This document shows positions 8,437-15,933 of a stretch of 31,784 nt of DNA, piece after piece (the first letter of the stretch is position 1; every line of letters starts with the position of its first letter). Source of the stretch: Gemmatimonadota bacterium (lineage in GTDB: Bacteria; Gemmatimonadota; Gemmatimonadetes; Gemmatimonadales; JACORV01); assembly GCA_043735145.1 (NCBI GenBank), contig JAYTEN010000041.1:1-31784 (forward strand), given 5' to 3'. Made by a program: the position numbers and the translations under genes. The notes under the pieces are model-generated. The model saw only the letters and a program-made list of their open reading frames with translations. It did not search any database and had not been told where the DNA came from.

Positions 8437-9861
8437 ATGGACCCCCGCCGCGCGCTCCCGTCGGTGGATTCGCTCCTCCGCTCCCCCGCGATCGCGGCGT
8501 TAGGCGCGGCATCGGGGCGCGAGGCGCTGGTGCGCGCGATCCGCGGCACCCTCGCAGCGGTCCGCGCCACGCCGGGGATGCCGGCGCCGGCCGACGGGCA
8601 GTGGGCCCCGCTGATTTCGGCGCACCTCGCGGGCGCCGAGACGCCGACGCTGCGGCGGGTCGTCAACGCCACCGGGGTGGTGTTGCACACCAACCTCGGC
8701 CGGGCGCCCCTGGCGCGCAAAGCGCTCGATGCCATCGGCGAGGCCGCGGCCAACTACAGCACCCTCGAGTACGACGTCGCCAGGGGCGCCCGCGGCAGCC
8801 GCCATGTGCATTGCGCCGACCTGCTGACGGCATTGACCGGCGCGCCGGATGCAATGGTCGTGAACAACGCGGCGTCGGCGCTGCTCCTCGTGCTCGCGGC
8901 GGCGGCCGACGGCGGCCGCACCATCGTGTCCCGCGGCGAGCTGATCGAGATCGGCGGCGGGTTCCGCATTCCGGAGATCATGGAGCGGAGCGGGACGACG
9001 CTGGTCGAGGTGGGGACGACCAACAGAACTCGCGTGGGCGACTATGAACGGGCGATCGGCAAGCAGCCGCCAGGTCGCCAGGTCGCCAAGTCGCCCAGCC
9101 AGCGAACCTCGAGCGCCGTACCGCCATACCGCCGTACCGCCCTGCTCAAGGTGCACCGCTCCAACTTCAGGATCGAAGGCTTCACCGCGGAGGCCTCGCT
9201 CGAGGAGCTGGTGGCGCTGGGCAGGAAGAAGAAAGTGCCGGTGCTCTACGACCTCGGCGGCGGGCTGATGTTCGATCTCGACGTGCCGGGGCTGTCCGGA
9301 GAACCGACCCTTCCCGATTCGGCGCGCAGCGGCCCGACCGCCGTCGTCGCGTCGGGCGACAAGCTCCTCGGCGGACCGCAGGCCGGCATCATCGTCGGGA
9401 CCGCGAAGTTCGTCGCCGCGTGCCGCGCGCACCCGCTGGCGCGCGCGGCGCGCGCCGACAAGCTCACCCTCGCGGCGCTGTCGGCCACGCTTCAGCTCTA
9501 CCGCGATCCGGCCCGACGCGCGTCAATCCCGGTCATCGGCATGCTGACCATCCCGCTCCCGGAGCTGGAACAGCGCGCCGCCGTGCTGGCCGCCGCGCTG
9601 CCCGCCGCCGCGCGGGCCACCGTCGTGCCGACCCGCGCGGCGGTGGGCGGCGGCGCCTTCCCCGGCGTGGAGCTCGAGAGCCGCGGCGTCGCGCTCGATC
9701 CCGGGAACGTCAGCGCGAGCACCCTGGCCGCGCGGCTGCGCGCGCACCCGGTGCCGGTGGTGGGCGTGGTGCACAAGGGCCGCGTGGTGCTCGACGTCCG
9801 GGCGCTGCTGCACGGCGATGACGCCGTCATCGCCGACGCCGTCGCGGGCGCTCTGGCATGA
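8437..9861 (+). CDS. selA: L-seryl-tRNA(Sec) selenium transferase (SelA family, PLP-dependent)
   Basis: VVNATGVVLHTNLGRAPL, VVNNAASA, SRGELIEIGGGFRIPEIM, VEVGTTNRT, KVHRSNF and SGDKLLGGPQAG (PLP lysine). Confidence 0.93.
   Translation: MDPRRALPSVDSLLRSPAIAALGAASGREALVRAIRGTLAAVRATPGMPAPADGQWAPLISAHLAGAETPTLRRVVNATGVVLHTNLGRAPLARKALDAIGEAAANYSTLEYDVARGARGSRHVHCADLLTALTGAPDAMVVNNAASALLLVLAAAADGGRTIVSRGELIEIGGGFRIPEIMERSGTTLVEVGTTNRTRVGDYERAIGKQPPGRQVAKSPSQRTSSAVPPYRRTALLKVHRSNFRIEGFTAEASLEELVALGRKKKVPVLYDLGGGLMFDLDVPGLSGEPTLPDSARSGPTAVVASGDKLLGGPQAGIIVGTAKFVAACRAHPLARAARADKLTLAALSATLQLYRDPARRASIPVIGMLTIPLPELEQRAAVLAAALPAAARATVVPTRAAVGGGAFPGVELESRGVALDPGNVSASTLAARLRAHPVPVVGVVHKGRVVLDVRALLHGDDAVIADAVAGALA
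9070..9141 (+). repeat. Two 8-bp microsatellites inserted in frame in selA
   Basis: CCAGGTCG x2 plus CCAAGTCG (9070-9093), and GCCGTACC/GCCATACC/GCCGTACC (9115-9138). Confidence 0.9.
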
Positions 9862-10421
9862 GCGCGCCCGCGACGGCGCGCGGCGCCGTCTTCCTCGACC
9901 GCGACGGCACCATCATCGCGGACCCCGGCTACCTGCACGACCCCGCTGCGGTCGCGCTGCTGCCCGGCGCCGCCGAAGGGCTCGCCGCCCTGTCGCGCGC
10001 GCAGTGGCCGCTCGTGATCGTGTCGAACCAGTCGGGCGTCGCGCGCGGCATCTACGGCGCCGAGGCTTTCACCTCCACGACGGCGCGGCTCGAGGAGCTC
10101 CTCGCCGGCTACGGCGTCCGCATCCTCGCCTCCTACATGTGCCCCCATCATCCCGACGTCGACGGCCCCTGCGAGTGCCGCAAACCCGGCGTGAAGCTGT
10201 TCCGCCAGGCGGCGCGCGAGCATCGCCTCGACCTCGGCGCCTCCTGGTTCGTCGGCGATCGCTGGCGCGATGTGGAACCGGCCCTCACCCTGGGCGCCCG
10301 CGGCGTGCTGCTCGCCAACGACCCCCTCGCCGCCGACGCCCAGGAGGCCGCCCGGCACAACATCCGGGGCGTCAGCGACCTCCGTGCCGCCGCTGCCCTG
10401 ATCGGCGCCGATCCCCGCTGA
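9858..10421 (+). CDS. gmhB: HAD-IIIA phosphatase, D-glycero-D-manno-heptose 1,7-bisphosphate phosphatase-like
   Basis: FLDRDGTI, VSNQSGVARG, Zn-binding CPHHP...CECRKP and GDRWRD; ATGA overlap with selA. Substrate specificity is not provable from sequence. Confidence 0.85.
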   Translation: MSAPATARGAVFLDRDGTIIADPGYLHDPAAVALLPGAAEGLAALSRAQWPLVIVSNQSGVARGIYGAEAFTSTTARLEELLAGYGVRILASYMCPHHPDVDGPCECRKPGVKLFRQAAREHRLDLGASWFVGDRWRDVEPALTLGARGVLLANDPLAADAQEAARHNIRGVSDLRAAAALIGADPR

Positions 10422-10464
10422 CCTGCCACGGTGACGGGGATCACAGGCGCGGGCCATCGCTCGC

Positions 10465-10497
10465 TTGAACGCCCGGCACCGGCAGGGCATATTGCCC
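10465..10497 (+). promoter_or_regulatory. Sigma70-like promoter with an overlapping palindrome
   Basis: TTGAAC (10465-10470)-N17-CATATT (10488-10493); the inverted repeat GGGCA-TAT-TGCCC (10485-10497) overlaps the -10. Confidence 0.45.
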
Positions 10498-10553
10498 ATA
10501 CCCCCAAACGCATCCCGCTTCTATCCGGTCCACGTCCGCGGAGGTTGGTCCGT

Positions 10554-11915
10554 ATGACCCATCGATTCACCACCGGCTCGGTGAGCGTCTTCGCCCTCGC
10601 CCTGCTGTGCCTGGCACCGCGCGCGGGCGTCGCGCAGAACAACTACACCCAGCAGATGCAGGGCTACATGGCGCAGTACGCGCAGTCCGCGCAGTCGCGC
10701 GGCTACTCGCCCGTCACGCCCATGGTCACCGGCAACCTGAACCAGGGCGCGAACACCTCGCATAACTTCCCCCTGACGGCCGGCCGCAATTACGTCATCA
10801 TCGGCGTGTGCGACCGCGACTGCACCGACGTCGACCTGCGCCTCTACGACGCGTCGGGCAATACGATCGCCTCCGATGTCGCGGTGGACGATCATCCGAC
10901 GCTCCAGTTCACCGCGGGCATGTCGGGCAACTTCCGGCTCCAGGTCGAGATGGCGACCTGTTCGACCAACCCCTGCTATTACGGCGTGCAGCTCTTCGGT
11001 GGCGCGATGGGCGGCGGCAACAGCGGCGTCGCGCTCGCTCCGCAGCCGCAGCCGATGGGACAGCCGCAGCCGATGGCGATCAGCGCGCCCACGGCGATGG
11101 GCGTCATCGCCGCCAACCAGCAGGTCACCGGAAACCTCACCGCGATGGACGGCCGCTGGGACGGCAAACCCGCCCAGACGTGGCAGTTTCAGTGCCAGCC
11201 CGGCCAGGCGTTCCAGATGGACGTGCTTTCGACGTGGGATAACTACGCCATCGTCTTCGATCCGATGGGCACGCCTGTCGCCCACGACGACGACGGCGGA
11301 CCGGAAGGCCTGAACGCGCGCATCAGCTACACCTGCGCGATGGCGGGGATGTACCGCCTCGCGGTGACGACCTATACCAGCAGCACCACGCCCGGCACCT
11401 ACACCCTCCAGGTGCAGGCGATGGCCCCCGTCGCGCTCAACCAGCCGATGCCGATGAACCAGCCGCAGGCGCTGCCCACGGCGCAGCCGATGCAGCTGCC
11501 GGTCCAGCAGAGCGCGCCCGGCGCGACGATGCCGTCGCCCGCGCCGATCAGCCTGCCGCTCACCGGCAGCATCCCGGCGCCCGGCCAGATCGGCCAGATC
11601 CAGATAGGGACCAACGTGCAGGGCCGTCTCGAGACCGGCGACCAGCGCATGAACGACGGGACCTTCGCCGACGTCTGGCAGTTCTCGGGCACGGCCGGGC
11701 AGCACATCATCATCGAGCTGCGGTCGGAGGAGTTCGACACCTACGTCCAGCTCCTCGATGCCGCCGGCAACCGGCTGGCCGAGGATGACGACTCGCTGGG
11801 CGACCTCGATTCGAAGGTGGAGATCACGCTGCCTTCGAGCGGGGGCTTCCAGATCGTCGTGAACAACTTCGGCGAGGATCGCCGGGCCGGCATCTATACC
11901 CTGACGCTGCGCTAG
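10554..11915 (+). CDS. Secreted protein with a Cys-containing N-terminal beta-domain and two PPC (pre-peptidase C-terminal-like) domains, 453 aa
   Basis: GGAGG at 10540-10544 before ATG 10554; signal peptide ending AGVA-Q; PPC-like patterns (DNYAIVFDPMG..VAHDDDGG..GLNARISY; DTYVQLLDAAGNRLAEDDDSLGDLDSKVEITLP); Gln/Pro/Met linkers. Confidence 0.75.
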   Translation: MTHRFTTGSVSVFALALLCLAPRAGVAQNNYTQQMQGYMAQYAQSAQSRGYSPVTPMVTGNLNQGANTSHNFPLTAGRNYVIIGVCDRDCTDVDLRLYDASGNTIASDVAVDDHPTLQFTAGMSGNFRLQVEMATCSTNPCYYGVQLFGGAMGGGNSGVALAPQPQPMGQPQPMAISAPTAMGVIAANQQVTGNLTAMDGRWDGKPAQTWQFQCQPGQAFQMDVLSTWDNYAIVFDPMGTPVAHDDDGGPEGLNARISYTCAMAGMYRLAVTTYTSSTTPGTYTLQVQAMAPVALNQPMPMNQPQALPTAQPMQLPVQQSAPGATMPSPAPISLPLTGSIPAPGQIGQIQIGTNVQGRLETGDQRMNDGTFADVWQFSGTAGQHIIIELRSEEFDTYVQLLDAAGNRLAEDDDSLGDLDSKVEITLPSSGGFQIVVNNFGEDRRAGIYTLTLR

Positions 11916-11978
11916 GCTGCTTAACGACCGGCTGAGGAAAGCAGGCGGCTGAGCCTCAGGCAGGGATCAGCGGGAACC

Positions 11979-12010
11979 AGGCGGCGGGGATTTTCCCTGC
12001 CGCCTTTTTT
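11979..12010 (+). terminator. Intrinsic terminator inside a larger nested hairpin
   Basis: AGGCGGCGGGGA-TTTT-CCCTGCCGCCT followed by TTTTT. Confidence 0.75.
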
Positions 12011-12077
12011 CCAGCCCCCTGCCTGCAACTGCTCCGTCTGCTTTCCTCCGCCTGTCTTTTCAGGATATGTTGGGTGC

Positions 12078-12752
12078 GTGCCCATAGTCCAGATCGCCGT
12101 TCTCGCCTCAGGCCGGGGGTCCAATCTCCAGGCGCTGATCGATGCGCTTCCCGCGGGCGCGCCCGGGCGTGTCGCGCTGGTGGTGTCCAATCGCGAGGAC
12201 GCACCGGTGCTGGAACGCGCCCGCGAGCAGCACATCGCCGCCGCGACCATCGCGCGGGACGGCGCCGATGCCGATACGCTCATGGCGCACCTGCGCGCCC
12301 ACGCGATCGGCCTCGTGGTGCTGGCGGGTTACCTCAAGCGCGTCCCTGACGCCGTCGTGGCGGCGTACCGCGGCCGCGTCCTCAACATCCACCCGGCGCT
12401 GCTGCCCGCCTTCGGCGGAAGCGGGATGTACGGGCGCCGCGTGCACGAGGCGGTCCTCGCCAGCGGCGCGCGCCTCAGCGGCGCGACCGTCCACGTGGTG
12501 GACGAGCAGTACGACCACGGCCCCATCATCGCGCAGTGGCCGGTGCCGGTCCGCGCCGGCGACACGCCCGAGAGCCTCGCCGCGCGGGTGCTTGCCGTCG
12601 AGCACCGGCTGCTGCCGGCCGCGGTGCGCGCGGTGTGTGCCCGGATGGATCGATTCGCCGAGGTGCCCCGTCCCCTCGCCGCGAACCACGACTGCTTCGT
12701 GCTGTGCAACGTACCCGAACCCGACCTCGCCGATGCCCTCGTCTCGACATAA
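12078..12752 (+). CDS. purN: Phosphoribosylglycinamide formyltransferase
   Basis: AVLASGRGSNLQAL, VVLAGY, LNIHPALLPAFGG.GMYG..VH, SGATVHVVDEQYDHGPII; adjacent to purH. Confidence 0.96.
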   Translation: MPIVQIAVLASGRGSNLQALIDALPAGAPGRVALVVSNREDAPVLERAREQHIAAATIARDGADADTLMAHLRAHAIGLVVLAGYLKRVPDAVVAAYRGRVLNIHPALLPAFGGSGMYGRRVHEAVLASGARLSGATVHVVDEQYDHGPIIAQWPVPVRAGDTPESLAARVLAVEHRLLPAAVRAVCARMDRFAEVPRPLAANHDCFVLCNVPEPDLADALVST

Positions 12753-12761
12753 CGCCGCCTT

Positions 12762-12789
12762 CCCCACTCCCCCGCGTCCCCACCTCCCC
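12762..12789 (-). repeat. Four C4-5 tracts at about 8-bp period between purN and purH (G-quadruplex motif on the minus strand)
   Basis: CCCC-ACT-CCCCC-GCGT-CCCC-ACCT-CCCC. Confidence 0.65.
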
Positions 12790-12809
12790 ACTATTGCGGA
12801 GCCCCAGTA

Positions 12810-14336
12810 ATGCCGCGCGCACTCATCTCGGTATCCGACAAGCGTGGGGCGATCGAGTTCGCCTCCGGACTCGCCCAGCTCGGCTGGGAAATCATTTCCA
12901 CCGGCGGCACCGCGGCGGCGCTCGAGAAGGGCGGCGTGCCGGTCACGCTGGTCGAGAAGATCACCGGCTTCGCCGAAATGATGGACGGGCGAGTGAAGAC
13001 GCTGCACCCCGCCGTGCACGGCGGCATCCTCGCGCGCCGCGCGGTGCCGGGCGACCTCAAGGCCCTCGCCGACCAGGGCTACGCACCGATCGACCTGGTG
13101 GCGGTGAATCTCTATCCCTTCCGCGAAACGATCGCCCGTCCCGATGTCAGCATCGAGGAGGCGATCGAGCAGATCGACATCGGCGGGCCGTCGATGCTCC
13201 GCTCGGCGGCGAAGAATCACGACGCCGTCACGGTGGTCGCCGATCCGATGGATTATCGCCGCGTGATCGAGGCGATGCGCCACGGCGGCGTGAGCGCCGC
13301 GCTGCGGCGCGAGCTGTCGGCCAAGGCCTTCACGCATACCGCGGCCTACGACGGCGCCATCGCCGCGTACCTCTCGGGCGGTGCACCGGGCGACCTGCCG
13401 CCGACGCTCGTCGTCGTGCTCGAGCGGGTGCAGACGCTCCGTTACGGCGAAAACCCGCACCAGCCGGCCGCGTTCTACACGACGGGCGAGCCCGGCGGCT
13501 TGTCGGCCCTGACGCAGCTGGGCGGCAAGGAGCTGAGCTTCAACAACCTGCTCGACGTGGACGCCGCCCTCACCGCGGTCAGCCCCTTCGAGCGCGAAGT
13601 CGCGTGCGTGATCATCAAGCACACCACGCCCTGCGGCATCGCCCTGTCGATGAATCCCGTGGAGTCCTACCGCCTGGCGCTCGCGTGCGATCCCGTCTCG
13701 GCCTTCGGGTCGGTGGTGGGCTTCAACACCATCGTCACCGCGGAAGCAGCGCGCGCGATGACCGAGCTCTTCATCGAGGTCGTGGTCGCGCCGCGCTTCC
13801 ACCCCGAGGCGGTCGAGATCCTGTCGGCGAAGAAGAACCTGCGCATTGTCGAGGTCCCGCGCGCCGACGACCGGCTCGACTTCAAGCGGGTGCGCAGCGG
13901 ATTCCTGGTGCAGGAGCGGCTCCAGTTCGATCCCGATGAGCGCAACTGGAAGATCCCGACGAAGCGCCGGCCCGACGAGAAGGAAATCACCGACCTGCGC
14001 TTTGCGTGGGCCGCGGTCGGTTCGGTCAAGTCGAACGCGATCCTGCTCGCCCGCGGCTGCGCGGCGATCGGCATCGGCGCCGGCCAGATGAGCCGGGTGG
14101 ACAGCTCGATGCTCGCCGTCCACAAGGCGAAGGCCGCGGGGCACGAGACGCGCGGCGCCGTCCTCGCCAGCGACGCTTTCTTCCCCTTCCGCGATGGCGT
14201 GGATGCCGCGGCGCGCGCGGGCATCACGGCCATCGTACAGCCCGGCGGGTCGGTGCGGGACGAGGAAGTCATCAAGGCGGCGGATGAGCATGGCATGGCA
14301 ATGGTGATGACTGGAGTTCGGCAATTCAGGCACTAA
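12810..14336 (+). CDS. purH: Bifunctional AICAR transformylase / IMP cyclohydrolase
   Basis: ALISVSDK, STGGTA, GRVKTLHP, NLYPF, IDIGGPSM, LRYGENPHQ, KHTTPCG, GAGQMSRVDS, ASDAFFPFRD, QPGGSVRD and RQFRH. Confidence 0.98.
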   Translation: MPRALISVSDKRGAIEFASGLAQLGWEIISTGGTAAALEKGGVPVTLVEKITGFAEMMDGRVKTLHPAVHGGILARRAVPGDLKALADQGYAPIDLVAVNLYPFRETIARPDVSIEEAIEQIDIGGPSMLRSAAKNHDAVTVVADPMDYRRVIEAMRHGGVSAALRRELSAKAFTHTAAYDGAIAAYLSGGAPGDLPPTLVVVLERVQTLRYGENPHQPAAFYTTGEPGGLSALTQLGGKELSFNNLLDVDAALTAVSPFEREVACVIIKHTTPCGIALSMNPVESYRLALACDPVSAFGSVVGFNTIVTAEAARAMTELFIEVVVAPRFHPEAVEILSAKKNLRIVEVPRADDRLDFKRVRSGFLVQERLQFDPDERNWKIPTKRRPDEKEITDLRFAWAAVGSVKSNAILLARGCAAIGIGAGQMSRVDSSMLAVHKAKAAGHETRGAVLASDAFFPFRDGVDAAARAGITAIVQPGGSVRDEEVIKAADEHGMAMVMTGVRQFRH

Positions 14337-14341
14337 CAAGA

Positions 14342-14368
14342 GGAGAGCGGAGAGCGGAGAGCGGAGAG
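14342..14368. repeat. 7-bp tandem repeat (GGAGAGC)x3.9 after purH
   Basis: Directly visible; a degenerate complementary C/T-rich arm at about 14441-14467 lies inside the next signal peptide. Confidence 0.88.
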
Positions 14369-14434
14369 ATGGCGGTTTCATTACAAAATCGTGAAATCGT
14401 TGACGGCGGCCCGGCACGGGTAAACCTTCCATTC

Positions 14435-15904
14435 ATGAGACGCTCGCTCCTCTCATCTCTCTCCGCTGCCGTTCTGTTGCTCGCCATTGCCTGCGGCAGC
14501 GATCTGCCGAAGGGCACGACCGAGGTACGAGTCGGCCGCGTCGTCGTCCATACCGATTCCATGCTCGACGTGGTCGGCGTGATCTACCGCCTTGCCGACA
14601 CCACCGGCCTGCCCGTTCGAGGGCCGAAGCGTCACTGGTACCGCGACCTCCAGACTCAGCAGGACCATCCCGCGCTCCAGGCGGCGCGCGCGCCCGGCCC
14701 GATGCCGGTGTCGCTCGTGCTCGAGACCTGGGTCGAAGGCCAGAAGCCCGATACCACCTGCGGCTTCATCACGCCCGGTGAGCGCCGCTGCTTCACCGGC
14801 AACGCGCCGGTCCAGGCGCAGGTGCGCGCCTTTCTCCAGGCCGCGCCGGCCTTCGCGCCGCTGACCGCCGGCCTCGACATGATGAGCGAGAAGGAGCGCC
14901 GGCGCGATCTTGCCGACGTCTGGTACGCGCTCACCCGCACCAAGTCGCTCGACAGCGCGGTCGCGGCATATTCCGGTTACGGCGACCTGCGGTTCGACGT
15001 CACCCTGGCGCGCACGCTGTCCACCGGCAACACCACGTCGCTGGTGGACCCCGCCCGGCAGGTGGGTGACCCGCCGCGGATTTTCCTCACGCCCGACGGC
15101 GTCTTCAACGAGCGCTCGTTCCGGTCGCCGACCTACATCTATCTCGCCCTTGGCCACCAGATGTCGCACATCGTAGTGAAGCGGCTCTTCGCCGAGCATC
15201 CCGAGCTGATGCAGCACGGCTTCCCGCTGCTCAACGCCGTGGCGCCGGAAATGGCGCGGCTGGGGTACGACGGCATCTTCTGGGACGAGATCCTCGGCGA
15301 GCAGCTGGCGCGCGCCATCAGCATCCGCCTGATGCAGCTCACCATGCCGACGGTCGGGTGGGCGGCGCGCAGCCAGACCCTGATGTCTCCAGGCCTCGCG
15401 ATGGTGCCCTACCTGGAGGACGCGCTGATTCGCTACGAGCAGCACCGCGCGGAGTACCCAACCCTCGCGTCCTTTGCCGGCGAGCTGGCGAAGACCCTGG
15501 ACTCCATTCCCACCGATCCCTGCCGCGCCGCGGCAGCACCGGGGGTGGCGCTGGTCGGCGTCGCGCGGCACCGCGCCGTGGTCGGCTGGATGGCGGACAG
15601 CTCGCCGTTCCGCGAGAAGCGCCTGCTGGTGGGTGATACCGTGGTGGCCATCGACGGCGACAGCGTCTCGGCGGGCGGCCTGCTGACGCCGACGCGCCAG
15701 GCGAGCCTGGCGTGGGCGCAGCACCTGCCTTACGAGTTGGGGATCTTCGATATCCGGAGGAACGGCCATGACTACCGCATCCAGGTGCCGATCACCTGGG
15801 GGCCCCGCGTGCAGGTGCGCGTGGCGTCGCAGGTGCGCGTCGCGCCGACCCCCGCGGATTCGGCGCCGATCTGCCGGTGGGTCACGAGGGCGAAGAGAAA
15901 CTGA
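14435..15904 (+). CDS. Lipoprotein with a DUF4932-like/zincin-like domain (HQxxH) and C-terminal PDZ-like domain, 489 aa
   Basis: Lipobox LAIA-C; IYRLA..HPAL, GHQMSH and downstream W..ILGEQLARA; PDZ-like SSPF...LLVGDTVVAIDG. Family assignment is from remembered patterns only. Confidence 0.6.
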   Translation: MRRSLLSSLSAAVLLLAIACGSDLPKGTTEVRVGRVVVHTDSMLDVVGVIYRLADTTGLPVRGPKRHWYRDLQTQQDHPALQAARAPGPMPVSLVLETWVEGQKPDTTCGFITPGERRCFTGNAPVQAQVRAFLQAAPAFAPLTAGLDMMSEKERRRDLADVWYALTRTKSLDSAVAAYSGYGDLRFDVTLARTLSTGNTTSLVDPARQVGDPPRIFLTPDGVFNERSFRSPTYIYLALGHQMSHIVVKRLFAEHPELMQHGFPLLNAVAPEMARLGYDGIFWDEILGEQLARAISIRLMQLTMPTVGWAARSQTLMSPGLAMVPYLEDALIRYEQHRAEYPTLASFAGELAKTLDSIPTDPCRAAAAPGVALVGVARHRAVVGWMADSSPFREKRLLVGDTVVAIDGDSVSAGGLLTPTRQASLAWAQHLPYELGIFDIRRNGHDYRIQVPITWGPRVQVRVASQVRVAPTPADSAPICRWVTRAKRN

Positions 15905-15933
15905 TAGAATCTAGAATCTAGAATCTAGATTCT
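15905..15933. repeat. (TAGAATC)x3 plus TAGATTCT palindromic microsatellite between convergent genes
   Basis: Contains the perfect 14-bp palindrome AGAATCTAGATTCT (15920-15933), centred on the kinase stop codon. Confidence 0.88.

Noticed and set aside
11916-12077. ZTP (pfl) or PRPP riboswitch before purN-purH
   Set aside because: The conserved ZTP elements (GACUGGCG...GGUGG/CCACC, CGCCUGGG) and the ykkC-type core were not found.
3532-14432. Long antisense or alternative-frame ORFs (e.g. 3532..5754, 7149..8753, 12108..14432, also 16021..17910 and 29141..31483)
   Set aside because: These are shadow ORFs of high-GC3 genes with Arg/Ala/Gly-rich composition and no domain motifs, and they fully overlap well-supported genes.
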